Shown: one piece after another, positions 49,796-63,800 of the stretch
How the letters are laid out: each line of letters opens with the position of its first letter
Numbering within the stretch: the stretch's first letter is position 1
Assembly: GCA_977017575.1 (NCBI GenBank)
Contig: CDRNVI010000164.1
Coordinates: forward strand, 372,001 to 436,000
Length of the DNA stretch: 64,000 bases
Source: Paramoeba atlantica
Lineage: Eukaryota > Protista > Discosea
Direction of reading: 5' to 3'
The notes under the pieces: model-generated
The model's database searches: none
Seen by the model: the letters and a program-made list of their open reading frames with translations, nothing else
Told to the model about the DNA's origin: nothing
Made by a program: the position numbers and the translations under genes

Positions 49796-50470
49796 TGCAC
49801 ACAGAAAAACAAACAGAAAACAAAAAAACAAAAACAAAAAACTGAATTAACTGACCCTTGAAATTTCTGAAAGTGTCTTTTCTTGGGTGACAAAAAATCG
49901 TTCTTTTTTTTTCATCATTTTCTTTTCTTTTCCTCTTCTCTTCTTCTCTTTCAGTTTCTTCTTCTCTTTTCCTTGAATGAAGACAAGAAAACGATAGCAA
50001 GTCTGGGCAGGATGAAACTCTTCCTGAGAAGCAACACATGTTTGGATTCACAAGTTCAAAAACAAACAAACCAAGAAATCAGAACTCTGCTGTTCCTTGA
50101 ATTGAAAATACAGCTTCCAAAGACAGAACCTCTTTTTGATGCGCATATTCAGAATTACAGATTCTCATTTGTACTAAATTGAGATTGTTTTTGTCTCTGG
50201 TCCAATATTGCAACAAGACTGGTTCTTGCTCCAATACCATTGGGAATACGGGTTTCGAGACATTTTATCCCTGAGGTAACACAAGGAAATTTCATTCTTT
50301 TTGAAGAGTTTTGCGCTACATTTCTCTTCCGTCATTTCCAACAGCTGATCTTCGCTGGGGATTTTGGGGTTCTTCTTCTTGGGTGTTGAGAAAGGAGAGA
50401 AAAGAACTTCTTCAAAGTTTTTCTTCTTCAAAGTTCTTCTTCAAAAAAAAATGAAAAAAGAACCCCCTAG

Positions 50471-50965
50471 TTTATTGTAAAAAATACTGAATACACAGAA
50501 CCAGTCAAACCACCCTCACAAACAAAATTTGCTTCTTCTTTTTCAGTTGCTCCATCTTCTTCTTCTTCTTCTTCCTCATCATCACCCTCATCTGATCTCT
50601 CTTCAGTTGGAAAAGGTCAACTTTTGTTTCTGTCATTATCTTTTAAAAACATTATGTTTTTACTGAGCTCCATTCTAATTTTTGCACAACAGTAATCCTC
50701 TTTTACCTTCCACTTTTGAATTCTTTTTATTTTTTAAAACGTTCTTTTCTTCCTCTCATTATTCTCTTCGACAGACAAAATAATATTCCATCGTTTCTGT
50801 TATTTACACCCATGCCCAGAAAGGAACTTCTTGACAAGTTTGTTTTCTTTTTTTGTTGAGATTCCTTTGGGATTAACTCCATTAATATTAATTTCTTCAA
50901 ATAGATCTCAAACATTAGGGGATGCAGGTCTCATCAATTGTGTTGTGATTCAATCGAAGACATAA
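50471..50965 (+). pseudogene. Truncated duplicate of the UBX gene 3' exons
   Basis: Matches 46609-47229 but has no upstream exons or start and lacks most of the TQIQVRL exon (about 135 bp deletion). Confidence 0.8.
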
Positions 50966-51402
50966 GACAGACACATGAGTCTGGTGAATCAACAATTTTG
51001 TTGAAAAAATACACAGCCCACCAAACAAGAACAAAAGAAATAAAAGAAATAAAATAAACCCTTTTTTTTGATGACTCTTTGTCAAAGTCTTTGATTTGAG
51101 AAGAAAACAGTTGAGGAAGAAGAATAAAACAAGAAAAGTTTTTTTTTCAATAAGTTTTTCTTTTGACATGTACAAGGCTCTCTCAATCTGAACTTCAAAA
51201 CAAATGTTGGTATGTGTGCGATTCAACCATGTGCAGGAATTACACTACTGTTCAAGCTCATCTGATTGTCCCCAGTGGCTAAGCTTGCATGACTTCCAAT
51301 TGTTGTTCATCTTGTGGTGTTTGTTTGACCACCATTTGTTCAGAATCATGTTTTTTTTTTGGAAAAAAAGAAAATATTAAAAACAATGTTCACTCGTATT
51401 AT

Positions 51403-53549
51403 TTATTTCCACAATCGAACTAACTTTTCATCTGGCTCTGAAATCAAAATTGAGCCAGATGAATGAACAAAAATCCCAAAAGGATTCTTCATCTTCCCAA
51501 ATCCAAAAGAAAAAAGAAAAGTTCCATCTTTCTCAAACACACTCACTCTCCCATTTCCATATTCAACAACAATAATTCGACCATTCCCATCAACATCAAC
51601 ACCTTTTGGACGATCCAATTGAGAATCTTTTGATCCTCCTTCTCCAAAAGTTTGAATAAAATTTCCTTCAATTCCCATCACTTGAATTCGATTATTCCAA
51701 CTATCTGAAATAACAAGATTACCAGCTCCATCAACTACTACACAACAAGGAAAATCAAATTGGCCTTCAGAAGAACCCTCAGTCCCAAAACATCGAATAA
51801 AACATCCATCATAACTAAACACTTGGATTCGATTATTCCCAGTGTCAACAACAATAATTCGACCTTCTTCATCAACATCAATCCCACACGGTGTGTCGAA
51901 TTGACCAGGTTGAGAACCTTTACATCCAAATGATCTTATCAAGTAACCTTCTTTGTTCAACACCATCACTTTCGATTCTACTTGGTTGAGACATACAATC
52001 TCATCATTCAATCCAATTGCAACATCAATAAAATCTCCACCAACTTTGAGAGTTTGAATCAAAGATCCTTCTTTGTTTCTAACTCTCAACTTCCTTTCAT
52101 CATGACCAACAATAAAGTTACCATCAATGTTCTCAACAATTCCCCAAGGTTTTTCATCACAACAAAACGAAGAAATAAAGTGAACTCCATCTCCAATCAC
52201 TCCTTTCTTTTTTCGATTCAAAAGTGAAACATCAAGTTCATCAATAAGATCATTCGCAATTTGAAGAAAAGTTGAAAAGAGATCTTCATCGAAAATAGAA
52301 TCAGTTGTTGGAGTTTGAGATAATCTAAGAATTGTATCACACCTCATTCTCAAATCAACTTTCTCTAAATCTAAATCTTTCTTCATCACTTTCTTCTTCA
52401 TTAATTTCTCTTCTAATTCTTGAATCTCTTGTTCTACTTTTCTTGTTTTCTTTTCAACACACTCCAATCTCTTCTCCAATCCAACTCCAATCTTCAAAAT
52501 CTCATTTCTCTTTCTCAAAACACTCTTTTCTAATGAATAAACATTTTGTCGATGTTCATCGTGAACCCTAAGAACACAATCCAAACAAACAAAAAGAGAA
52601 CACTCAAAACAAAACCCACTCAAATTCTCAGATGGGTGAGTTAAACAATGTTTCTTTTTCAAACTTTCTAATCCCTCATCATTCCCATGTTGTTGGTTTC
52701 TTCCTTCTTGTTGTTGTTGTTGGTTTTCGCGTTTGTGGTTTCGAGAGAAAATATTGGAGGAATGAGATTGTTCACAAGAATCACAAATGAAAACTTCACA
52801 TTTCGAACAATACATTGAAGTTCGTTCTCCACAGCTTTCGAAATTCGCACATTCTTTTGTTCCATCTATTTGTTGGTTAGGGTATTTTCTTTGTTTTTAT
52901 GTTTGTTGTTTGTGGGATAATTGTTTTGTGGTGTGGTGAGGTGAATTGTTTCAGTTGAAAACACAAAAGAAAAAGAAAAAGAAAAACGTGGAGTTGGAGG
53001 AATACAGAAAGAAGGAATCTTTGAAGACTCAATCACATCAATCGTTTCAGGAATTAAAGAATTGGAATCAAATGATTCAATTGTCTCACATCTTCCTCCT
53101 TCAATCTCTTTTCGACAAACTGGACAACATCTCTTCTTCTTCCCACCATCATTCAAACAACTTGAACTTGAAGAAGAAGAAGAAGAACTACCAACTTGAA
53201 GAGGAGAAAGAAAAAGGTTGGGATCACCACCATCACCACTCTCAGAAGTTGAAGTTGAAGTTTGTTGAGAGGAGAAGAAGAGTTTGTTGAGGCAATCAGA
53301 GCAAAAAGAGTGGCCACAAGGTAACGATCGTGGTTCTCTTTCCCATCTCATCATTTCAAAACAAATCACACATTCAAATCCTTTACTTTCTTCACACTCT
53401 TTCCTTTCTGTTTCTTCTTCTTCTTCTCCTTTTCCTTTTTCAACTAACTTCTCTTCCTTCTTTCTCTTGGTCTTTTCTCCCTCCTTCTCTCCCTTCTTTC
53501 TCTTTTTCTCTTCTCCTTGTTCAGTTTTCACTCGTTTCCTCTTTCCCAT
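51403..53549 (-). CDS. TRIM-NHL protein, copy 2, 2 exons
   Basis: Same architecture as copy 1, open frames; likely ATG at 53549 (MGKRKRVK). Confidence 0.9.
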
Positions 53550-53836
53550 TTTCCCACAACACAATTCCCAATTTGGTTGACAACAGAAAACAACAAAAAG
53601 AAGACGAGAAGAAGGACACCACAACGCAAACAACAACAAACAACAAACAGAAAAAAAGAAACGACAAGCCGCTAAATTTTGGGGCTCAAATTTTGTTTCG
53701 AGAATCCCATTTTTCCCCACACGTCAAAAGGGATAATGGGTCAAGTGGATTGTGGGGTGGAGGTTCCAAAGAGTAAACGGAACAAAGAAAAAAGAAAGAA
53801 AAAATGGAGAAAAGTCAGATTGTAATTCTGAAAGAA

Positions 53837-56166
53837 TTAATTTAGTTTTTTGACATTTGATCCAAGAGAAGAAGGAGGATCCGCACTATTTCTGTTTTGT
53901 TGATTGCTATCAGCGGGGGGTGCGCTCAAATAATCAGGTAATGATGGGTTTGATGGTGGGTCTGGGATAGGAATTGGAGAAGAGGCTGGAGGTGGTGTGG
54001 AGAGTGCTTCTGCAGGAAGTTCACTTGGTCCAAGGTCTGATTGTTGTTGTGATAACTGGAGAGCCAAAAGGAGATCTTGTTCTTCTTGTTGTTCTCTTGT
54101 AAGAACTGGAGCTGAAGAATCAGGTTTCTGAATAAAATGAAAGGTGAGAAAACTTGAGAAAGATTTGTAAAAATCAAAGAAAAAAACTGTACATGTTCAA
54201 TGGGTTTTGGTGAAGGGGGAGTGTAAACACAAAATTCCGAATCAACAAAAACGCTGGAATATTTGAACGTGTTTAGAAAATTATTATCAATCCAACATGA
54301 TTTTAGTATTTGAATCAAAATACAGACCTATCTCCATCAATATCTTCCAATTTTTCCCAAACAATTTTTTCTTCTCGTGTGTATCCCAAGTCAGTGACCA
54401 ATAAAAACAACTGATTAAAAAGTAAGGGGGTTCGTTTTATGAGTTGGAGAAAGAAAGAAAAGAAAAGAAAAGAAAAGACAACCTCGCCTTTGTGATTGTA
54501 AATTGTGCTAAAATGGTTATTCCGAAAAAAAACCGCAAAGGAACCCTCACTAATCCCTTCATGAAGTTTTAGGAGACCAAAATAAGTTAATTGATGTGCT
54601 GTTTCTTCCAAAAATTGATGAATTAACTCTCCTTCCTATTATCCCACAACAATATAAACAAAATTTTCTCCTTTTCCCCAAAAATTTATGGAAAGAGCAA
54701 CCTCGATTTTCTTACTCTTTGCAGGCGTCAGTTCACCAGAAACTCGAAGAGTATCTCGTTCGACCACTCGATCAATGAGTTGATTGTACGATAATTGGTG
54801 GGGTAGAATAATCTCAGCCACTTGTTCCTTTAGATGTAATGTGAATTCAATCTTTACTGGCGAAGGCAAAAAAAACAAAAAACCTGAGGTTCAACAACCC
54901 ATCCATGAACAAGTCGGACATGTAAAGCATCAAAAAGAACACATTCTGAAGTATATTCAAACTTATCGATACTTTGAAAACAATTGTCAGTCACATCCAC
55001 CATCAATTTTGTCAATTTTGATTATGAGAGAAAAACAAACTCATCAAAACGGACATTGACATCAAGACCAATCGCCATATTGGGGATGACTTGGAGAGCA
55101 TCGGTGACATTTTGTTCCAAATGAGCTCGATTTGCTTCACTCACTGTCATTTTAAAAGGTAAAAACTCAATCAAAAAAAAATCTTGAAAAAAGAAAAAAA
55201 GGAAAAAAAACCGGTTGGTTGAGAGGTCATCAAAAAGTCTCCAACAAGACGCATCAGTTCTTCAAGAGAAACCATGGAATAGTCAAGATGAATCTTGATT
55301 TTGCCTCTCAAAAGCAAAATGTTACCTTGAAGAGGGAAATTAAAAAAGAAAGTGAACAAAAAAGGGGGGGAAAAAGACGGTCAGAAAAAAAAAAAAAGAG
55401 AGAAAAAATATAATTGCCACTACCGGGAATCGAACCCAGGTCTCAGGAGCCACAATCCTGCACTCTGCCAACTAAGCTATAGTAGCAACTGATGAAAAAT
55501 AGGGAGAATTTGTTTTCTTTTATAAGATCAGAGAGAAAAAAAAGAAAACATACAGATGGCGATGAGGGGACAGGGACCGTTGATGTTTTGCATGATGATT
55601 GGGTATTCTTTCCCTAAAAGAAACAAAGAATTAAAGAGTAAAAACACTATAAAAATCTCAAAAAAAAAACGCGTTTGTGGCAAAAAAACACAACCCCAAC
55701 TCTTTTCTTCTTCTCTTTCTTCTCTCTTTCTTTCTCTTATTCTTCTCTTTCTCTTCTCTTATTCTTCTCTCTTTCTCTTCTCTTTTCTTAGTTCTTTTCT
55801 TCTCAATTTTTCTCAATCTTTCTCTTTTCTTTCTTTCTTTCTCTCTTTTTCTTCTCTCTGTCTCTCTCTTTGTTGAAAAAAAACACAGGCGACAAAAGTC
55901 GAAAAAAAAAGGTTTTGTCTCGATTGTTTTCTCTTTTCTCTTCTTTTCTTCTTCCAAAAAGTCCTTGACTTTGGAATTGAGACCACACATCACCACCCAC
56001 AAGGAAGTTTTTGAAAATCTCTTCTCCATAACTTCGGAAGTAAAAAACAACAAAACAAAACAAAAGTCGACCGAAACGAAAAAACAACAAAAGTGAAAAC
56101 TGAATCAAAAAAGAAACAAGTACCAAGAAATTTGACTTTTTTCAGGGTATACAAGTCCTCTGCCAT
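53837..56166 (-). CDS. MINDY-1/2-like deubiquitinase
   Basis: YTLKKVKFLG, IIMQNINGPCPLIAICNILLLRG (catalytic Cys), GLDVNV, LVHGWVVEPQ, VFFRNNHFSTI (catalytic His), LLVTDLGY, MIU-like LLALQLSQQQ. Confidence 0.9.
55415..55486 (-). tRNA. tRNA-His(GTG) inside MINDY intron 55326..55553
   Basis: GCTACTA TA GCTT AGTTGGCA GAGT G CAGGA TTGTGGC TCCTG AGAC CTGGG TTCGATT CCCGG TAGTGGC A. Full cloverleaf, no encoded G-1, downstream T-run. Confidence 0.93.
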
Positions 56167-56420
56167 CCTTTTGGAAGTTCCAAACCGAACCAAAAACCGA
56201 AAGAAACAAAACCAAACACCCACCGATACAAAAAACCGCACCAAAATCAAATTTGATTTTCAAAAAAATAGGGACCATTCAAGAGAAAGTTTTCAAGCCA
56301 TTTTTTTGTTGGTGTGGGGTTTAATTGGACCATTTCTTTGGACACTTTTAAATTTTCAATTCAAACCGTTTCTTTTCTTGTTTTCTCTTTTCTTTCTCTT
56401 TTCTGTCCAGTTGATATTTG

Positions 56421-57671
56421 ATGGCTTCGGTTGATTATGATGCTTTTCTTTCTTTTTGTTTTCAAAAACTCGACCCCTCATCAGAGAAGAGCGAGATTTC
56501 TTTTCAACAATGGTCTTCTCTCGTAAATCCCCAACTCCTCCTCCTCCAAGAACAAGATCAAGAAGAAGAGCCATCCCCTCTCTGCTCTCCTTCCCCTCTC
56601 ACATCATCACCTCCTTCATCCTTACGAACCCAGGCAACACCACCACGAAAATGTACAAGCCAACCAAAATCAGAAAATTTAGAGAACGCAGGTGAAGAAT
56701 TGATTTCCAAAATGGAAGAGATTCTTCGAGATATCAAGTCTCTGACAACAAAATATCAAAATCTTTTTGAACTTCCAACTGGTTTGTTTTTTTTCTGAAA
56801 ATCTTTTTAAAGAATTTCAAAAGTTCTTTTTCTTCCCAACTCATTATTCCAAAAAACAGATCTCTATAACCAACGCTCTGTAAATAAAGTGATTGAATTT
56901 AAAATTCAAATTGAAGTGAGCATCTCTCTCTCCTCAAGATTTCAAAATAACTTTTTTTTCCTTTGCTTATATCCACTTGTTCAAACAGGCTCGAATCGAG
57001 GCGATGAAAAACAACAAGAAAATAGACCACAGTAATGACATTCACTTTCTTCTTCATTCAATCTCTTTCCTGATGGACAGGTTTCCCCCTCTTCCCTTTT
57101 CCTTTCCGAAAACAAACACATGATCAACTTATTCAATAGTGCACAAAATCAATCATTCGGAACATACGTCTACAACCTCGCAGTAAACTATGGGGCAGAA
57201 GTTCCAGAACTCTTTTGTTTTCTCTTTGAACAGCTTGAATTTCAATTCTCCAAAAAACAACTTCGTAAGTTTTTTTATGAAATTTTTATGAAAAGATTTG
57301 GGTGATTTTAAAAAAAAAAAGAAAAGAAAGGGAATTGGCAAAAATATATTCTCATCCCTTTTCTCTTCCCAGCCCCACAACTCGCCGAAAAGTGGAGAAC
57401 AAACAAAAAAATGAAAAGATCAATCGAAACTTCATCAATAACCAAATTCCCCAGCCAACCATTCCCAACACCATCCCCTTCACAACAAAAGCCACCCCCT
57501 CGTCAAACCATCTCCACAAAAAAGGAATCCTTTGGTCGACAAAATTTTCACTTCAATCCAAGGAAGATGGACAACGTGAAGAAAGTAACAATGAAAAGAA
57601 CAAGAAAGTATCGCGTTCGAGTGCCCAAAAAAAAAGAAGAAAATGAAGAGAAAAAAACAACCGACCAATAA
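56421..57671 (+). CDS. Hypothetical multi-exon protein; 3' end uncertain
   Basis: Spliceable blocks MASVDYDAFLSFCFQKL..., DLYNQRSVNKVIEFKIQIE, ARIEAMK..IHFLLHSISFLMD, FGTYVYNLAVNYGAEVPELFCFLFEQLE. No family recognised. Confidence 0.55.
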
Positions 57672-57843
57672 TTCAAACAAACCAACCCAAAAACTAGCAA
57701 ATATCAACAAAACCAAACTCTCTCTTTCCCTACAAAAAATAGTTAGAGGCTCAATCTCAAAGAACAAATTTTCGCACAAAAAAAAAGGAAAAAATAAATG
57801 TAAAAAAAAATAAAATGAAACCTTCAAATTAAAACAAGAGTTT

Positions 57844-60800
57844 TTAAAGATCACCAACAAAACTTCGAATTTTCTTTGAGACTTGCGAGCCCGCAAACGA
57901 AGAAGTGCCAGTATCACTGATATCACCTTCCTCCATCGACTCATCATCAGATCCAAAACTCATATCATCAGATTCACCATAAAGTACAGACAAATACTTT
58001 CGACTGATCGCAGCCCCAAATCCAACCGAAACAAGTGCGATCGCTTGGTCGATAACAATTAACAAAAAGAGAAGGAGTGTTGCCCAGAACATGACAGAAC
58101 TAAAGGTGCACAATTCCGCTTGAGGGGCCATTAATATCTTACAACCACCACCCAAAAAGGCGGCCATGCCAAGCGCAGCAGCATTAATAATATTCAAAAA
58201 GTAGGAAAAGAGATAATTTTGGAGACGTTTGCCATGATCCAACAACAAAAAGATAGAGACAAGCATCCCAACAATCAACAATGCCACAGCCATACAAAGA
58301 CTCAACGCAGAGGTTTTGTTATACTCCGTGTTTGCGGCCTCTCGAATATAATACACAACCGCAACCAAAAAAGGGATAAAGACACAGAGTTGGATCAAAA
58401 CAAGGAGCCCATGAAGGAACTGGAAAGTTACCACGGTTGAGAGCCAAAATTTCATCATTTGCTCTTGTTCTCTTTCAGCTCGATTTTTCTCCTCCATAAT
58501 TTCCATCGGCCCTTTCTGAACATCACTTTCTTTTTCTCTCTCTTGTTGAAATTTCGTCCAGGGAGAAAGTGGCTTATCTTGATGAAGAATAAACAATTGG
58601 AAAGGTTGAATCATTAAGACTCCAAGAATAAAAATCACAGGACCGATTGACATGAGGAACAAACCGTTGCAAAAGACACCAAGATCGGTGCACATCGCAT
58701 TCTCTTCCCCTCTCAGTTCCCACGCAGCACTTGGGATTTGCGTCGCTAACCAAACCACAGATCCACACAAGAAAATGCAAATAAAACCGAGCATCGCTAC
58801 AAATTCGATCATGACAACTCCATAAACTCGAAATATGTTCAGAACTTGTAATAGAGAATACAAAACCATCAAGAAGACGATAAAATAAAGTTCAGTTCCA
58901 TTACTAAATACAGAACCAATGTCTGCCAACAGAGTGCGTTGTTGAGCGAGAGAAATTCCTTGTGCCGTCAACGCAGGACCGCCACACAAACAAAGCAACA
59001 ACCAAAAATACAAGACAAGACTACTAAAGGATCTTTCTTTTGATGGAGCACCAAGAACGCCATACATAAATTCTGCCTCATCGAGAGGATTTTCAAAGAG
59101 ATCATCAGGACCGTGGAGTGCGTTTTGTGCGTCTTGTGGTTCGGGTGCAGATCCCTCCTGTCATATAATGAGAAGAAGAAAAGAGACAAGGAAAGAATGA
59201 GAAAAAGAGGAAAATAAACAATAATATTAAAAGAATTAATCAAAATGAATCAAACTAAATAATAAAATAAAGCAACAACCTCTTCTGTCTCATCATCCTC
59301 CATTAACCGAGCCTCCCTTTCTTTCTCGAGCTGCTCTTGCAACTTTCCAACCTCCAACATCTTCCTCTCCTTCTCTAACTTCAACTTCCAAATCTGATCC
59401 TCATGAACATCACTCAATTGAGCAAATTCTCTTTGCAATTCCCCTCCAACTTCTGGGTTTGGTGGAGTTAATGGACCGCCTTGTTGTTGTGGCAAAGATT
59501 CTCCAACAACAACATCAATAAGCTCTTCAGAAGGAGAAGGAGAAGAAGAAGGAACAGCAGAAAGATCAGGAGGAGGGCCAACACTACCACTTTTTTCGAC
59601 AGAAGGAGGAGATTGAACGGGTTTTCCTGAAGCCCTTCGAATTTTATCCGCTTCTACTTGTAAAAGTTGTTGTACTGCTTGTCTTCTGTGGGTTGGAGAG
59701 AGACGAAGACGCATTTCTTCTTCTCTTTTTCTTTCTTCTTCCTCTTTTCTTCTCTTTTCTTCTTCGATTTTGTTTTCTGTTTGTGCTCGGGCGAGTCCGA
59801 GTTTTCTTTTTCTTTCTTCAACTTCTCTTTTCTCTTCTGCAAGTCTCTTCTCTTCCAGCTCCCGTTTTCGTTTTTCAACTCGCGAACGAATCGATTCTTC
59901 TTCATCTTGTAGTCTCTTTCTTTCTGCTTCTTCTTCTTCAAGTCTCCGTTCTCTCTCTCTCTCTTCCCTCCTCTCTTCAGCCTCTTTCTTTTTCCTAACC
60001 TCTTCTTCAATCCTTTTCTTCTTCTCTTCCAATTCTCTTTGTTTTGCTTCCGCTTTTCGTCGTCTTTCTTTTCTTTCCTCTTCTAATCTCTCTTCTGTTA
60101 GCATGGTTTCTAATTCGACTTGTCTTTCAAGTTCTTTCATTCTTTCAGCGGATAAAGTAACTTCGGTTTTCTCAGTAACAATCTGTTGTAAATCTCTCGT
60201 TCCTTTGGTCTTTTTCACTGAAGAACTCGAAGAAAACAGATCTTCTCCTTCTTCTGTTTCTTTCTCCTTTTTCTTCTTTCCGAGTTCAAAGGAGGGCAGC
60301 TCAAAGGGGTCACCAAGAACGGGGGTACCAACACTTCCCATCACCCCTTTCTTTTCTTTTCCTTTTTCTCGATCCATCTCGCCTGCTACGAATGGTAAAG
60401 CTGCGCTTTTGATAATGGGTGGAGGCTGAGAGGGATCAAGAATCAGAGGGCTTTTTGGTCTTGTTGTTCCTCCTCCTGTCGTTATCGTCGTGGTCGTCGT
60501 CGCAGTTGCTGGACTTTTCTTTTTCTTTTGTTGTAAAGAGCCATCACCAATCCTTGGAAGAGTCAAAGCACTAAAAACGGGAACAGGAGTGGCAAGTTGC
60601 CTCTTCACAGGTGAAGAAATAAGCTCTTCTGATCCAAAAGGCAAATCCGCGATCGAATCCGTCTTTTCTTCTCTCTGACTTGTTGATGAGGTCGTTGCCC
60701 GGGGAGCAGCAGTAGATTGTCTTCCTTCCAGTGGAAAAGGCTCTCTCTCTCGCCCACCCCCACCACCACCAAACTCTCTTAAAAAATCTGCTGTTGCTCC

Positions 60801-63800
60801 ATTTTGAGCGCTTGCAGAAGAGAAAAGACGAGAAGAAGGAACAGAAGATGGTTCAACAAAAACAGGATCTTTTCGTTTTTTGGAGAGAGGAGGAGAAGAA
60901 GAAGAAGAGAGGTCGAGAAGAGAGGTAGTGTGAGGGGCAGGAGGGGGAACAACTCTTTCTTTCTTTTTTGATTTTTTGGAATAGTAATCATCGAAGATTG
61001 GTTTGCCCATGATCAGAAAATCACCACCACCACCTGCGCCACGAGTTTGTCCATACTTTTCATAATTTTGTTCTCTTTCAATTTGAAAGGTTAATTCCTC
61101 AAGTTCTTTAATTCTCTGATTTTGTTCTGAATCTCTTTTTCTTCTTTCTTCTTCAAATTCTCTTTCGAGTTCTGCTTCTTTGATTTGGCGGAGCTCTTCT
61201 ACTCTTTTTCTTTTTTCTTCTTCTATCTTTTCTTGTTCCTTTTTCCATTTCTCTTCTTCAAGTTGACGTTGTTTTTCTTCTTCTTCTTGTCTTTTTCGGT
61301 TCTCTTCTTTTTCTATCTGTCTTTCTTCTTCTCTCCTCTTTTTTAATTCCCCAGCTTCGAGCATATTTTGCACTCTCTCCTTCTCCTCTTCAATCTTCTT
61401 CAATCTCTCTGTCTCCTCTCTCTTCTTTCTCTCTTCTTCATCTCTTTTCGCTTGAAGTTTCCTCTCTTTCTCTCTCTTCTTCCTTTCAATCTTTTTTTGC
61501 ACCGCTTCCTCTTCTTTCCTCTTTTTCAACTCAAAATCTTCGAGTTTAACTCTCTCTAACTCTTCTTCAAACATCATATCCGCTTCATCTCTTCTCTCTT
61601 TCAATTGTCGAGCATATCGAGCAATTCTCTTTTGCTCTTGTTCCCTTTCTATCTTTTCTCTCTCTGCTTCTTCGATTTGCTGTCTCTCTTCTTCTTCTTG
61701 AATCCTTTTCAAATTCGCAAGTTGTTCCTCCTCCAATCTTTTCTCTTTTTTCAATTCCTCTTTCTCCAACTGTCTCATCTCTTTCTTTTGTTTCCTTTCT
61801 TCTTTTCTTATTCTCCTTAAACGAAAACCAGCCATAATATCATCAGTAGCGCTCATCTCCTCTTCATCACTTCCTTCCTCACTCTCTTCTTCTTCTTCCG
61901 CACTCTCTTCTTTCTCTCTCTCTTTCTCTCCCTCATTACGATTTTTCATCCTTTGAATCGCACTCTGCCTCGCTTCTCTCAGCCCTTTTTCTCTTGCTTT
62001 TCTCTTCTTTTCCAAGACTTCAGGATCAGAATCATCATCTTCGTCATCGTCATCTTCATAATCCTCCTGATTATATCTCGAGAGAGACTCTTCTCCTCCC
62101 TCCTCATTCTTTCCCCCCCACATTCCTTCTCCTTCTCGTTTCATATTATCCTCCACTTTCTGCTTCTCTGAATCCCACCAAAGATCAAGTTCACTTTTCT
62201 TCTCTTGCTCTTCTCCCTTTCTTCTCTTTCCTTTTTTCTTCCTTCTTGGAGGTCCTCCTTCAGAGAATTGTTGAAGAACAACAGAAGATTGGATCTCAGC
62301 TTCATGTTTGGCCTTCGCCTCCGCCTTTTTCTTCTCTTTCGCCCAAAAATCGTCAATCGAAAAAGTTGGAGCTTTCTTCTTTTTCTTTCTTGCTTCTGGG
62401 TTCTTACCACTCGGGGTTTGTTGGGTCATCTTTTTCATCTCTTCTTCGAAGAGGGCGTTTGGATCGACATCACCGCTTCCCATCATTTCCGAAGGATGAT
62501 CAATCGTTGTCGCAAGAACAGGAGGAAGACTCGCCAATTCATTCAAAGGAGGAGTTAGAATCGAAGAAGAAGCGTTTCCATCTTGCTGCATTCTTTCCAT
62601 CTCTTCTCTGAACAAACGATCGGCTTCTGACTCGGTTTGAGTGGCCAGCTCTTCTTTTTGGATCATCTCTTGCGTTGATTTCATTTGTTGTTTTCGGATT
62701 CGACGTTCTTCTTCCCTCTTTTTTCGTTTCTCTTCTTCTTCTTTTTGCTCTCTTAGCTTTCTTTGATCAAATTCTTCTTTTCTTTTTTGCTTCTGCTCTT
62801 CTGCGATCCTTGCTTGGCTTTCCTCTTCCTCCCGCCTCTTCTTTTCTTCTTCCTCTTGGCGTTCCATCAACCGTCTCTGCTTCTCTTTCTTTTTCATTTC
62901 CTCCATCAACTGTTTCTCTTTCTCGCGGAGTCTCTCTTCTGCAAGTCTCTTTTGTTCTTCCCACAAACTCTTCGTAGAGGCTTGAGATGATACCCTCGGA
63001 ACACTTTTCACTTTTCTTTTCTCTTTTTTCGGTGGTTCGGGTTCCGGCTCCGGCTCCGGCTCCGGTTCCGGTTGTTTTGGCGCGGAAAAATGGTCGTCTT
63101 GTTGGGGGTTTTCGAGTCTTTGCATTTCTTCGTAATAGAGGCGGTCCGCTTCGGACATATCCTTGGGGTCTGGGAGAAAAGCTTCTTTTGTTCTCCGTTG
63201 GTCTCGCACTTTTCGCTTTTCTTCTCGTTTCTCTTTCTCTTTTTTTAATCTTTCTTGCTCTTTTTCCCAATCTTGAATCTCTTTATCTCTTTGTTTTTCA
63301 GAAAATTCGACGATCTTTTTTCTTTGCTCCAATTTCCACAACCGATCCTCCTCTTGCTGCCGCCTTTCCTCTCGAAGGACATTTTTCCTCTCTAAGACCT
63401 GTTTGGCTTGCATATCCATCTTTTCTTGCACGGCCTTCTTTTCTTGTTCCCAAAGACTATCAACGAAACCTTTCTTTTCTCTTTTCTTTGATCGCTTGGT
63501 ACTGTCACCTTTCTCTCCGTTTTCAACTTCCTTCATTGGAGAATCAAGAAGAGAAGGAGACGCAGCAGGTTCAGGAGAGATGGGATTCGAAGGAGACAGG
63601 AGACCATGAGGAGGGGACAAATGATCAGAAGAGGGGACGAGAGGGGAATCAGAAGAAGGAATTAAATCAGAAGGAGGGGTTGCAGAGGGTTGGAAGAAAT
63701 CAGAGGTTGCAGAGGGCTCAGCAACAGGTGGTGTTGCAGGAGGGAAGTCAGAGGAAGGAGGAAGAGGCGAGGAAGGTTGAAAGAATGCAGGAGTTAAAGG

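Larger units (their letters stand above)
46603..53550. repeat. Tandem segmental duplication: about 46603-49800 repeated at about 50463-53550
   Basis: Colinear near-identity covering the UBX 3' exons, the intergenic spacer and the whole TRIM-NHL gene; offset about 3.86 kb. Confidence 0.9.
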
